DNA of 64,000 nucleotides from Ophelia neglecta (lineage: Eukaryota): positions 85,870,001-85,934,000 of the forward strand of contig OZ260664.1 in NCBI GenBank assembly GCA_965285935.1. Direction: 5' to 3'. Each line of letters begins with the position of its first letter. Position 1 is the first letter of the stretch. Below the pieces are notes generated by a model. That model was not told the origin of the DNA. It saw only the letters and a list, made by a program, of their open reading frames with translations, and made no database searches. A program made the translations under genes and the position numbers. Positions 1 through 12,832 of this stretch are shown here, piece by piece.

Positions 1-130
1 TGCATTTGTATTTAAACGATGGATTCAAGATGGACTCAAGAAATACTCGTAGTCCTATTTAACATTTCCTTAATTCCGGATAATACTTGAACCGATGAAA
101 CATAGTGGATCCTTTGTGCAACTTGGCAGC

Positions 131-3100
131 TTAGGTGGTTTTTTTGGCGAATCTGAGTTGAACGTATGAAGCCAAGAGCAGGCACATGGATATGGAGACA
201 AGTGCCACTTCATTTTTCCATAAATCCCAACTGGATCCGTAGTCGATTTCCTGATGGCGTAAGTATTCATTTCCTGCGTGAGCATTGGGTTTGCTATAGA
301 ACAAATTATGATCAACGTAAATAAATTACTGATAGTATATTTAACCTAATAATGAAACGTAACGTGGGTGGTGAAATCAACTTGATGCAAGTTATATCAG
401 AGAGGATGAACCCTGAATCAAATAATGCGTGGTCAATAATCCTTCACAAAACTATAAACAGTATTTAAAACTACATGGATAATAGTATATACAACAAGTA
501 TATCGTAATGTCAACGATTTTCCTTAGCATAAACGTTTATGTATTACAACTTATCATTTTATGCACTGGTAATTTTCATCGGAGTTGGAACCTGACTAAT
601 CACTGTTTTCTTACCATGAACATTTGACGCTTTTAATAGAAGTTTGATTCATATTGAGAGGCTACACTTACTTGCTGAGTAAACAATCATTTGACTAAAA
701 CCTGCCTGAAAGACCATCTATATTCAGACGGCTTGTGAATTCAACCATTAATACGAAAATTATCTTCCACCCTTTCAATGTTATATAATCTGTCGAAACA
801 AACAACCTCCATAATCAGCAATTTGCAGTCCATCCGTTGCTTCCAAGTTTCAATTTATAATTTATAATAAGCATGTGTCCCCATGTACACTTACCAATAC
901 GATGTTCCGTTTGTATAGTTACAAAACGCCAAGTTTTCCATTTCATTGATCAGGAGAGCCTGCAGAAAATGTGTTCATGTTATTACTTAAAAAGGTAAGG
1001 TATTCTGTATATATTCCCATAAGCTATAACTTGTTACGGAGAACAGTATCACCATCTGTACGTAAATCATGTAATTTTTTTTTACTTTTTACGGCATGAA
1101 TTGAACCCAATACACGGATGTTAGGTGGTTAAACACGGTAATTTTTAAAAAAGGGAGTAAATAGCGTACTTATTAATTTGTAATAGTTTATTCAGAAGGT
1201 CATTTAGTTCTATTTCGCAATTGTTCCCATAAGAAAACATTATGGTATACGCGATTACACATGGGAATGTGAAGATAAATATATCGGAGAAGGTTGTCCT
1301 ATTGTAGCCTTTCATATATTTTGAAACTTACGTTAATGCTGTATCTGAAAATACTGATATATGACACCCATCGAATCCACCATCCTACTGAAGACAGTTT
1401 GACGAGTGTTCCACCAAATACCTGAATGTGGACGGATATTCTATATATTTGGCTAAGGCACTCTACTGTTTATCATTACATTATGTTTTCTATTACCAAC
1501 TTATAACCTTTAACAAATCCATCGAAACTTATAAATGACTGAAAGAGGATATGGAGGTAGAATTACTCAAGGATATGATATAAATCTGCAAGCAAAGACA
1601 CATATAGAGCTTCAAGCCGCGGGTAGCGCTGTTTTAGAGCTAAATATATCCCTAATAGTAACGATATGAATGCAAACTGATTGCCACCGGGATCATATCT
1701 GTACTAATAACGTAATTCGTGTGTTCCGAAAGCCTGAACCGGATCGGGACCCAAATTAGGGTAATTATAACATTGTGGTTCTCGCGCCACAGCCGTATGC
1801 TGGTCTTTAATCAGGTTTCTCCAAACACTTTGTTTTAAAATGCATTTAAATATTAAGATAGTTAAAACCATAAAGCCAATATATAGCATATTGACATATA
1901 AAATTTGGTTTCAATACTTGGCAAACCATGGCATGACCCCGTCTTGACCATTTCATACTATGCTTGCCTCTTTTGACTCACAACGTACTCACCATCATAA
2001 AAACGAATATCAGCGCCACCAGCAGATAAGCAATCTCAAACCGTTTGATTCTAGCGCTCACACAGAAACTAACCGACGAGGCTCCAAGAGTAGTCAAGAA
2101 AATGGTGAGAAAGTACACGAAGAACTTAGCTGCGTTCATTCGGAAACCTATGAATATTCAATTGCCACTTGTATTAAAAGCATGAACGAACAGTTATAAC
2201 AGATACTCAATTTTATGTTGTTTGGTGTTTGCCGTAAACAACGCTAAGATATAGATTAAAAAAATTTACCTATCATGAAGTATGAGATTAAAGAAAACAG
2301 TAAAGTTGGCTGCAGTCGCATCGGTATAATGTCGCATACAACTTTGGAAACGAAATATGCAAAACATCCATAAAAGCCAGCCGATTGTTCATGCCTAAAT
2401 AATACAAAAGTTGAACAAATTAATGAATGACTTGATTGAAAATTATGTGTTTGACTGACAAGAGTATTCACAGAAGTGATTACACATTACAAAGTAAATC
2501 CAGGGAATCATACTTAAAGACAACTCGTTCCCGAATAAACACTCCTACCGCTGACAAGTTTTGAAAAGTCTCAGTCATAACGATGAAGAAGACGGCTCCA
2601 GCCCTTTAAAAAAAAATACTATCTAGTTAAAATAAACAACCCAACGTAATTATGAAGTATTTGGTCGAACGCAGGCATTTTGTGTCGGCTTTATGGCCAC
2701 GATTGTAGTGAAAGTGGTCTTTTCCGGTAGCATTGATATCTCACCTATTTGGAATTCCATGTATTATGGTGTCGTCCAATTGAAAGTAAATTCCCCCTGA
2801 CAGAAGGGCAAACACAATAACAACACATAACTGAAAGTAATTCAATAAACCACGTGAGAGCACCAATAAAACAGCCAGGGAGAATAATGATGTATTAACA
2901 GGTAAAATAAAGAAAGTATAAAGGTTTTGGTTAGTAAGCTTTCTGACCTCATAACAATAAATACTGACCAATTTACTTAAAACCTTTGAGATGGCAAATA
3001 GCAGGAGCCAATATCACGGGTATGGTCCAGTAGGTAGTAAAAAGACTATATTAGAAAATAAAGTTGGAATCAGTAGCGGGATATTTCGATCACTCATCAC

Positions 3101-6100
3101 AATTTGCTGATAGAGAACATTAAAAAACATAATATCTGTTGATCAATATCTTCTCAGCTGCGGATTCCTTTTGTGTTAGGTCCAAAATAATGGAAGATTC
3201 CTAATTATTGATTGCCGTGGTCTGCAGAAATAAATGTAGATCTTAAACTTGTAAAAACAAGTTCATATCTACTTTTTTGTAATTGCAATACACTGCAATA
3301 ACCTATATCAAATAGATAATGGGTATCCCATAAATCGGTGCATTGGTCATGTGTCAGTTTTAAATACCAAGTAGCCAGGGGTAGAATGTTCATCTGTATA
3401 AAGGTTCTGCTTACCACAATAAGAAGTTAATTAATAGTGTGTACACACCTGTGTAATGTATGCTGAACGATTTCGGAAGATATTCTGTAAAATTCGCTTG
3501 GAAATATATTTGACCTAGAATGAGAAACGAAAGTCTATGGAAGGTGCCATGTGATAAGATTAAAAACACAATATAACACCATGAATTGTTATTGTACCAA
3601 ATTTAAACGTTTTACACACAAGAAGTTATATTCGAACTAAAATATAGTGGGTCAATTTGAGGCCACATACCTGCGAGCCGAATGATTCTTTTTTCTGCCT
3701 TTTTCTGAGAACTTTCTCTTTCGATATTATTTCAGAGTTCTCAAAAATGCGATCCAACTGGTCTTTTTGCCTGTAGTACAATAAGAACGTTGTTTCTTTA
3801 ACCTGTCTTCACTTTTAACTTCACTCGCTGAAAAGTATATTTTAAGTTTACTGTGTTCACAGTCTCCCAGAACTCTAGTCTATTCTGTCAGTTACCCCTA
3901 CCCCAGTTTTACAACAAACGTTTATAGAGCGCCCCAGTCTAGATATTCTAGTCCTTGAGAGTTCCGGTCAGGTAATTATTGTTTACTGCTCCCTCGGTCT
4001 CTCCCTACTAGTACGTATAGTCGCCGGAATGATTTTTATATTAAAGGCCTGTTTCGGTCTTAACTCGTATCTCAGATTAAAATTGGATTTAAGTATTTAT
4101 TATGTATTTACTTTCAAAGCAGGCTTTCTGGAAGCAGGATTTGGTCTTAAACCTAGCTATGTTAGTCTTAAACTTAGGCTTGGTCAATGGAAACACCGCT
4201 TAACGCCATCTCAGCTAATCGGTAATAGGCTAATATAATCCGCACACTTAAACTTCTAGAAACGCTTCTAGAAACTGGGCCCGGGAGTTTTGAGTAAGGT
4301 CGCGCAGTAGTCCCATACTACTGGTTAACAAGCACTGAGCTAGTTCATACGAATATTGACATTATAGTTGTCTTGCCTGTAATACATTTGTGAGTTCTTG
4401 AAAGTTTCCTCCAGGGTGTTGGCAGTGTTGGCACGTTCGATTTCGCATGACCTTTCCAACTGCTTGTAGGCAGATATCGCCGGTATTTCCAGATTTACTG
4501 CAGACGATGGTGAATTTGGATAGGCTTCAGCCTGACCTGAAGGCAATATCAAATCCAAGAGTTTCAGGATATAAAAAAATGCACTTCTCAAGACGAGCAT
4601 TCAAAACAACATCGGTTTGTCTTTCATTGTATGTTTCCCTAAGCAAGGGTTGCAATATATAAAACAAGGATTACAGCTTACTTACTGGCAAATATATATA
4701 CTTAAGCCGAAGCTATTATGCCATTTGATGTTGTAAATAATAGTGTTGTCCGATCCAACATTTTATATTATTCCTGACTTTATTTGATTCAAACGGATTA
4801 TTGACTATGCTTTTAATGCTTAATTCCGTTGTTACTATATTGTACTATTATGTTATGATGTAATTCTATTTATTAAATGTTAAACAATTGGCTAACATAT
4901 TCAACGTTTATGGCTATATGACAAAGAAATGAAGATATTATTTAACATTCGTTAGTTGTCTCCGTAACCATTTATTGATATCGCATATCACAAACCAAAA
5001 AAAAATGTTGGTCTTCTTCTTACCCGACCCGATTGCAGTCGCATTTGGCTTGTTAATGATGTCAAGATAAAAATCTGCCGGATTGTCATGTTCCTCACAT
5101 TCATATCCTTTAAAAAAGAAACCAATACATGTCAAGATTTATGCAATTTGGCCTTAACATTACTCTTTACTACTAATTTCACATAACTACTATAAATGAC
5201 CTGTAGCGGGTGGTTCTTTAATAATTTGTACTGAACACCAAAATAATAACTTTTAACTGAAAACGTATTGATTTTCTCAAAATAAGGGCAAGCAGGTCTA
5301 ACATGTAACTGTATACAGCTGTTGGATAACTGCGAAGCTAGTCCCATATGCCTTTATTGTTATTTAGCAAGACTCTCTCCCCGCTTACACAATGACGAGC
5401 ATATGTAACGTTCTTTTATGAAATGCACGAGGCGTTCAACGGTAAGGTGGGTCATATGCTACGGCGCTGGCAATTTTCGTTTGCTTGCAAATCACCTCTA
5501 TTAAAACTCCATATTTTTTCGATCGCTATCGACGCCAAGTAACTTGATCTGAATTGGATATTGACCCTGTCAATTTATATACCTGCCCCAATTTAGTGCT
5601 TTGTAATCATGGCAATGTTTAGGCCGACCCTGTAACACTACTCCAGAAAAGAGATAATTTCAAAGACGGACATGATATTAAAGCTGGGCATTAGGGAACG
5701 GGATAACCCATGACTATATACCCTTCTCTGGAAATTTCTCCTATCTTTTACAATTGAAGTATTTTGTTTAATGACCACTAGCGACTACACCAACTGTTGC
5801 GTGGGAGTATACCCACTGGTATGGGGAAGGAACGTCTACCAATATGTTGCCTAGTTAGCTGGATCCCTACTTATGCAATGTCTTAATATGAACAAAAACT
5901 AGTTTTAGTCTAAGTAATCACATATTATGACACAAAAAAGACACCAGTACATAGCATTCACGTCTTCGGTAAAATTAAGGAATGTCTTTGAATAAATATA
6001 ATTACACGTAATAATTTACTGAAAAAAGAGCCCAGTCAACGCTGTGTTTCTTGGTTGAAAGCGGTAGGTATCTATATACATAACAATAATTTTGCAGCGT

Positions 6101-9100
6101 TATGAATCCGTTCTTCAAAAATAAAAAGATAGTAAAGAACTATGTGGCCGGTTTATCTGTCCATCCGTCTACTCACCTAAATATGTTACATTTATCAGAA
6201 ATAGTAAGGTATATTTACCATTCTCTTTGAAGTACGCTATGCTTTCATCTGCAGGCCCATGATATGTTAACTTTCCCATAGACAAGAGTGTGATTTGATC
6301 AAATAATTTGAAGATGGAATAACGCGGTTGGTGAATAGAGAGAATGATCGTATGTCCAGCATTCGCTAGTCTGAAATGCAAAATTGAACATGGTGTAGCG
6401 TTTGGGAAAATATACCTTAGATAGGATAGATGCATATTTATATACAGTTTTAAAACTCGGACAGCAAAAAGAAACGATAAGTCTCGTGGATGATGTGGCG
6501 GAATATGCTAGAGTAATTTTTTAGTAATAATTAGCCTTGAACCTGGTGGTACGGCACCTTTGCAGTGTATTAATATAAAGAGCAAAGCTGTAACATCCCT
6601 ACGTCTTAAGTGTGTTAAGCAGATCAATGGCGGTGCTAGCATCCAAGCCGGTCGTAGGTTCATCAAGAACTATCACTTTTGGAGAAATCACGAGCTCCAT
6701 GCCGATGTTCGTTCGCTTCCTCTCTCCCCCAGACACTCCGCGAACGTCAATAGAACCCACCTGACGTGGAATAGAATTTTTCATAACGCTTATGAAGCTA
6801 ATACGAAAAGAAACTACACATATATATACATATAAACTACATATATAGATATAATGTGTTTTTATTCAGTAGACAAAGAATACAACATATGGATGTTATA
6901 TAAATCATGTTTCAGTCCAAACCTAAGGCTACTGATTAGACTTGAAGGTGCGGAACTATGAAGCCTACAACTGTCCATAGAGCAAAAACTTGGTTTCGGT
7001 TTCATTTTATTTTTACGGGAGTGGGTAAGGCTTGTTCAGGTATACTGTTGTGTCAAATTCTCATATATATTACTCCCACTACACTTCCAGCACCTCCGCC
7101 TTTCGTTTGAGTCCTAACTAAGCCAAATCCTATAAGACTATATGCTTGCATAATATTGATTACATACAGCATATATATGCATTATATTTTTTGAATATGC
7201 AGTGGTAATAGTGAAGAGTAGTGCTTAGTCTGAGTATATCTAAAGAGCATTTAAATAATATCATCATATTAGTAAACCCCGATTATATTAATACATCAAC
7301 GGTTTTCGGTTTTAATGATTCTTACTTTACCTTGGTATCTTTACAATCTCTTAATCCCAGGTCATGAAGAGTTTTCTTCACCAGTTCGTTTTTCTTCGGT
7401 TTTGATATATCTGGTACTAGTCGTAGATTTGCAGAAAATGCTAAGTTTTCCTTTACTGTCAAGGTTTCATAAAGGAAATCATCCTGTAAACGAGAAGTTT
7501 GGATGCCACAGATGCACATAAGTTTCTTTGCATTGAATTTGCGTTATTTGCCTAACTAAGGCTTTTAAACTGAACACATCTGTCGATTCTCATATCTAAT
7601 TGAAGGTAAATTTCTCACCTGCACAACATATCCAATGCGACGACAAATAATCTGGACGAGGTTTTCCATCAACCAATATTGTGCCCTTCTGTCCACATGG
7701 GTGCTTTCGGCCCGCAATAATGTCAAGTAGTCTGGTAAATTTAAAGAAAGTCGATAAAAAAGTTGTTTACAAAAATCCTAAATGGACAGTGGAACAATTA
7801 TATATATTACACTTCCCTTCACCACTTGCACTTATCAAGAGTAGGATTTTGAGGGCCCTGGAGGCATATCCCGTTTAACTTTGGGTGCATAAGGGAAGGT
7901 TCATAATTCTTTGGCTTTGGCTTTAACTTGAATAAACTTAATTGTTATTTTCATCAATTTTCCCAATAGCTTATTGTCATAACTTACGAGGTTTTTCCGC
8001 ATCCCGTTGGCCCCAGAATCGCATTCAAACCACCGGGAAACCTGCAGCTACAATCAGTTTGAAAAGAAGAATAGTAGAATGTAATAGGATTTGAATCCAT
8101 CAAGAGTAGTATTTGACGCCAGAAAAACTTGGAAAAATCGTCTGAAAACCGAAAAATTCTGTGTTATTATCAAAGCGATAAAATTTCATTTTTTTATTTC
8201 AGTGTTTTATACCCAGAAACATAGTTGTTATAATACAAACTGTCTATATCAGTAAGGGTTTGACAACATGTGCTTTACTTGCACTCAATAGTGTAGACAA
8301 AATAAATGCAATAATAATATAAATTCCTCCCCCTATGTTCAGCGACGTTTATAATTCATTTCCGCTGGATAATAAGCATCACAATGTACAATTCCGATTT
8401 GTTTACCCAGCCCCGTGCATGTTTTGTTTCAAACAACAAGTTATCTGTCAGGCCGATAACAAACTTATTCATTGCTTGAGTCTAAGATTACTCGCCACAT
8501 ATACACATATTTTATCATCCAATGATAATGCCAAACTTCCTTATGGTTAACCGCCCGTTAAAAAAATAAGAGCAAATACATACCAATGTTTTGGTGGTAA
8601 ATTGGTGTAAATTATGATGGATTAGGTATGCATTTCCTAACCATTAAGTTCAATATTCCAAGCAATCAATAATATTTTTATGTGCAACCTAGATATCAAA
8701 TACTTCTGAATATTGCAATTGCCTACATGATATTTTCCAATATCATTCTCCTCGATTTATTCTTGCCAATTTCATATGACACGTCATGTAATGTAACTTC
8801 AGCCCCTATCGCCTCCGTGTCTCTGTGCGAAGGTGAAGCAATCTTTATGGTCTCGGAGCTTTTTTCCTGAACCAATGCCGTCTCTTCGTGTGGGACCTCT
8901 TCTCCGGGAGTAGCCCCATCAAATTGCGTCTCGGTGACAATTTCCACGCTACATTCATCTCCTGGCAAGTTACTTTAGTCTCTTCGTCTACTGTCACAGG
9001 AACTTCAGCCTCGTTCGTCTCTATGGTTTGTCCCGTGGTAACTTCGATGCTTTTCGTCTCCAAGTCTTGCCCCGGAGTAAGTGCAAAGCCTTTAGTCTCC

Positions 9101-9102
9101 AT
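131..9102 (-). CDS. ABCG2-like (White/BCRP family) ABC half transporter, copy A; disrupted as assembled, possible pseudogene
   Basis: Exons in transcript order: ~9102/9184-8727, 8047-7988 (Walker A GPTGCGKTS), 7731-7619, 7483-7331, 6760-6603 (signature VSGGERKR, Walker B VLDEPTTGLD), 6370-6219 (H-loop SIHQPRYSIF), 5107-5024 (NPADFY), 4536-4377, 3770-3671, 3514-3449, 2830-2745, 2603-2514, 2394-2270, 2147-1993, 1421-1332, 959-895, 293-131 (stop). NBD precedes TMD, as in ABCG. Exon 3 is 113 nt versus 115 nt in copy B (frameshift), and the first exon also shifts frame near 8970. Confidence 0.9.
4025..4282 (-). mobile_element. Partial MITE-like interspersed repeat in an ABCG-A intron, related to the 12155-12388 element
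   Basis: Its reverse complement begins GGGCCCAGTTTCTAGAAGC and contains ATTAGCCTATTACCGATTAGCTGAGA. These match GGGCACGATTTCTAGAAGC and ATTAGCCTGTTGCCGATTAACTGAGA at 12154-12220. Confidence 0.5.
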
Positions 9103-9559
9103 ATTGTGTCCTTTTATAACTTTTACACCAACAGTCTACGTGTCTTGGCTCACTGGCAATTCGTCGAGCGATGATGCATCGAGGCTAACAACTAGTTTAT
9201 TTCAATAACCAGCGTGACAGGGTGTCACACAAAAACTTCCCTTGGCTTGATATGTATTATACCAGGACAAACATAGAGGTTATGAGAACATCTAAATTGA
9301 AATGAAATCAATTCTTATTCCTGGTATGCATATACATTTAAAATAAACAGCATGTGACATTTAATACAGGTAAATAGGACAGAAGCACACAGGAGCAAGG
9401 GTGGAGCCCGAAGTTTGACATGGCCATAGCTTAACGACTTTTTTTCAGGACGGCCATAGACTAGTCAACAATATGAACAAGCTTCTGAGATGCCATCACA
9501 TGTTAAAACAATAATGTACAATACAATTTAGAGTAAAGTTACATGATTTCAGACAAATT

Positions 9560-10620
9560 CACGCTGGTGTTATACTTCAAAACTCAAATAGACGCCACTG
9601 TCTTCAAATATGCAGGGAGATTATTCCAAAGCCGACATGCCTGGTACGAAATGTGATCTGACCAGTTTTACCCCTACACCTAGGAAGTACCAAATCATTT
9701 AAACTACTGCTTGTCACATATAGGTGCCTCCGTCTTAACTTATTGAAAACAGTTGATGGGTTAAGAGGGACAATATCATTCAAACACTTAAACAAGAACC
9801 AATGTGAGATGGTTCACTCTGCTGTTAATTTTTAGCCAAGACCTGTGAAACACCAAGCTGGGAACCAGGCGATAGGTCCAAAACAAAACTAATAGCCTTG
9901 TTCTGATGTCTAGTGCGTACATATTGAGTCAATCCATAATAAAAAAATTACATTCATAATCAATGAATAGTTGCGTAAGAAAAGAACACAAAAGTTTTCT
10001 AATGACTTGATTAAGAAAAGGCTTTTTTTCCAAACAAAACTATCTGGAAGTTCTTTACAACTTGCATACCCATGGGCTCTGCATTTAGGTTACAATCAAA
10101 GAGTCCTCCCAGATAGTTTGGAGTTGTCTAAATTTTATGTATACACCATTCCAAATAATGTTGAAACTGACCATTTTACCTAATTTTCTTTTCCTTACAA
10201 AATATATGCAGTCCGTTTTACCGAGATGCAGTGACACTTTGTTTTTAACTAGCCGACTGCTAATTAAATTCAATTCTGACGTTCAAGTGGCTTCAGTTTC
10301 AGCTATATCCATCACCACCAGAGCAGAGTCCTCAGCAAACAACACAATAAACCAATTACCTGATGATACCATATCATTCACGTACACCAAGAAACGACTA
10401 GAATAGAGCTTTTAGGTACCCCAAACTCTTTTAACCCTGATCTAGTGCCAGATACATCAACACACAGTTTGACAACACAAGTAAGTACGAAATCACTGTT
10501 TACAATGGTCCTCTGCTCCAATCGCCGTTGATTTACTAATCCTTACGTTGTGTTTGACTGCTTCAAAGGCCTTTGGAGGTTCCCATCGAAGTTCCCATTT
10601 TGATTCCATGTTTGTAAATT
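9560..10620 (-). mobile_element. Degenerate 3' fragment of an L2/CR1-clade LINE (RT C-terminal part), related to 12833-16555
   Basis: Broken frames give NKVSLHLGKTDCI and MFKCL...RGKTGQITF. These parallel NKLSLHLGKTESI and MFKCL...QGNTGKHTF in the 12833 ORF. Many stops and frameshifts. Confidence 0.75.
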
Positions 10621-12154
10621 TATGTTTTGCCGTATTTAGTAATACGTAAGTCAATGTTATTCCACATTATATCATATGTTATTGCTAGAATGTTTCTCGT
10701 ACTCAAAGCATGGCTTATGTTATTGCAATGGCACGTGCAACATGGGTTTTTCAGACTGGACTTAAATGCAGACATGCATAGTTGACTCTGCCCGAGGATC
10801 GCTGAAAATACGTCTATTGTGTCAATATTGGCCACATAATAAAATTGGTCTGTCTTCAAAAGTAGCAATGACCCGCAATTTAGAACATGACATGTAAAAT
10901 AAGGTCGAATTGCAGATACACATGTCTTCTTGGACACTCGGTAAAAGGAGAGCGAGTGAGAGGCGAGCTAAAACTAGAACACTTTAAGGTGATGGTGTGG
11001 CGTCGGTATAGATTCATGGGGTGTACGCTCAGCCTGAGGCTGAGTCCAGGCTTTTACGACATATTTGCCTGCACCAGGACAGCACTGCCCTACTGTGCTA
11101 AGCGACGTATAGGAGCCCTTATCAGCCAGCATCCCGGGTAACATGTCATTTGCTTGCGCATTCGACCGGCTTGAGAGAAACTAATCGTATTGGAATGTTA
11201 ACTATTTTTCTTTACTGATTAGAAACGAAAGTTGCTGTGAAACCAAAGGAGAAAAAGGCAAAACACGGTAGTGGACACCGGGTAAGTGAATTTTGTTTCG
11301 CATATCCCAATAACTGTAAAAAGAATCATAGTATCACATCATTCCATTTTGTTGCATTTTAATAGTTGCAAGACAACAACCATGGAATGTTGCTATCTTA
11401 GGGGCGGGTGGGAGGTTGGGTGGGGGTGGTGTAGAAGAAGGGAAGAGAGGGCGAGGATAAGGGAGATAAACACGATACAGTTTACAGGGCTTCTTTCATG
11501 CGTTAAATCATTGGATTGCTCACAGTAAGATAATTCAAATTGAATGATTAGCTCTTCCCTTAGACAGTTAAAATGATATAATGGTCATTTAGTCACCATT
11601 TCCGAGTAATGGTGTTTTCCGGCAGAGTCAAATATTATTTAAAAAGCTGATTTCACATGCAACTAGGAAAGATACATGCCCGTGTTGTTGAAATTATTGA
11701 CAGACTGGCTTCCTATTCACCTGAAATTAGGAAAAAGGGAGGTATGAATATACTTGTAAAGTAGAATTATTTGGCTTCCAAGTTCTAGTAACTGGCGTTC
11801 CCGTCAATTTCAATTTGAACTATTTGTACAGAGGAACAACACACGTATCTTGATTTGGTCTGTGTGAAGCAGTGTCTTCATCTACATCACGACTCATTCA
11901 TGTTCATGACAAATACCCGAAAATGTTTTACTTTAAATTTGGAAAGTGAAAAACATCATACCAATGTAAACATTGGACTATAAATAAACATGAACAGTTG
12001 AAGTGGGCGGATTCCAATGGTTTAGACTAGGCGGATGTAAACATATGCTATGCTCTAGGTCGAAGTTAAGTAATCTATGTCAGTCCGCATTATTTATTCT
12101 TTGTGTTCGATTTTTGTATTAGCTGAATCATGAAGGAGAATATCAAAATAGCTG

Positions 12155-12388
12155 GGCACGATTTCTAGAAGCCATCTTGAGTTTAACGATTAAATTAGCC
12201 TGTTGCCGATTAACTGAGACCGCTTTTTTTCGTGTTTTCATTAACCAGGAAAGTTAAGAACAAAATGGCTAAGGTCAAGACCAAATTCACGTCCCAAAAA
12301 TCCCGATTAGCAAGTTAAGAATAATTTAGAACTTGAATCCTGATTTTAGTCCGAGTTAACAAGTTAGACACTTTCCTGAGACTGGGCC
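12155..12388. mobile_element. MITE-like non-autonomous DNA element, possibly PIF/Harbinger-type
   Basis: Imperfect terminal inverted repeats (GGCACGATTTCTAGAA ... TTCCTGAGACTGGGCC), flanked by CTG on both sides (12152-12154 and 12389-12391). A related copy lies at about 4025-4282. Confidence 0.45.
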
Positions 12389-12832
12389 CTGGTTTCTATT
12401 GTAACTTAATTTTAATTTAACTTAACAACACACTCAATATGATTCTAGACATTTTTTGCCGATTTCGTTTGCCTGTGGAGTATCTGCCCCCTTGTTATGT
12501 CCTATATGTAGGTTGGGATGGTAGCGAATAGTGAGCAATTATAAGCGACAGAAAACACTTTGCTTATTAGCGACTAATTTGTTAACATGCTAACAGACAA
12601 CTTCGAATATTTAGCGAAATGCGCACATGTAGATATATAAAAAATGCTGATTTTAATTTGTTTAAATCTAATCTTAGTAAACAACGTTGTTCGTTTTGGT
12701 TTAGACACCCACATGCTGACACTCTTCGATTAATAGACATGCTTTATTTTGAATGCTTAATACAATATGTGAATTTACCTTAACAGAGTACAAATCAGAA
12801 TAATCCGAAGCTAAATTTCACTGCCTCAAAGC

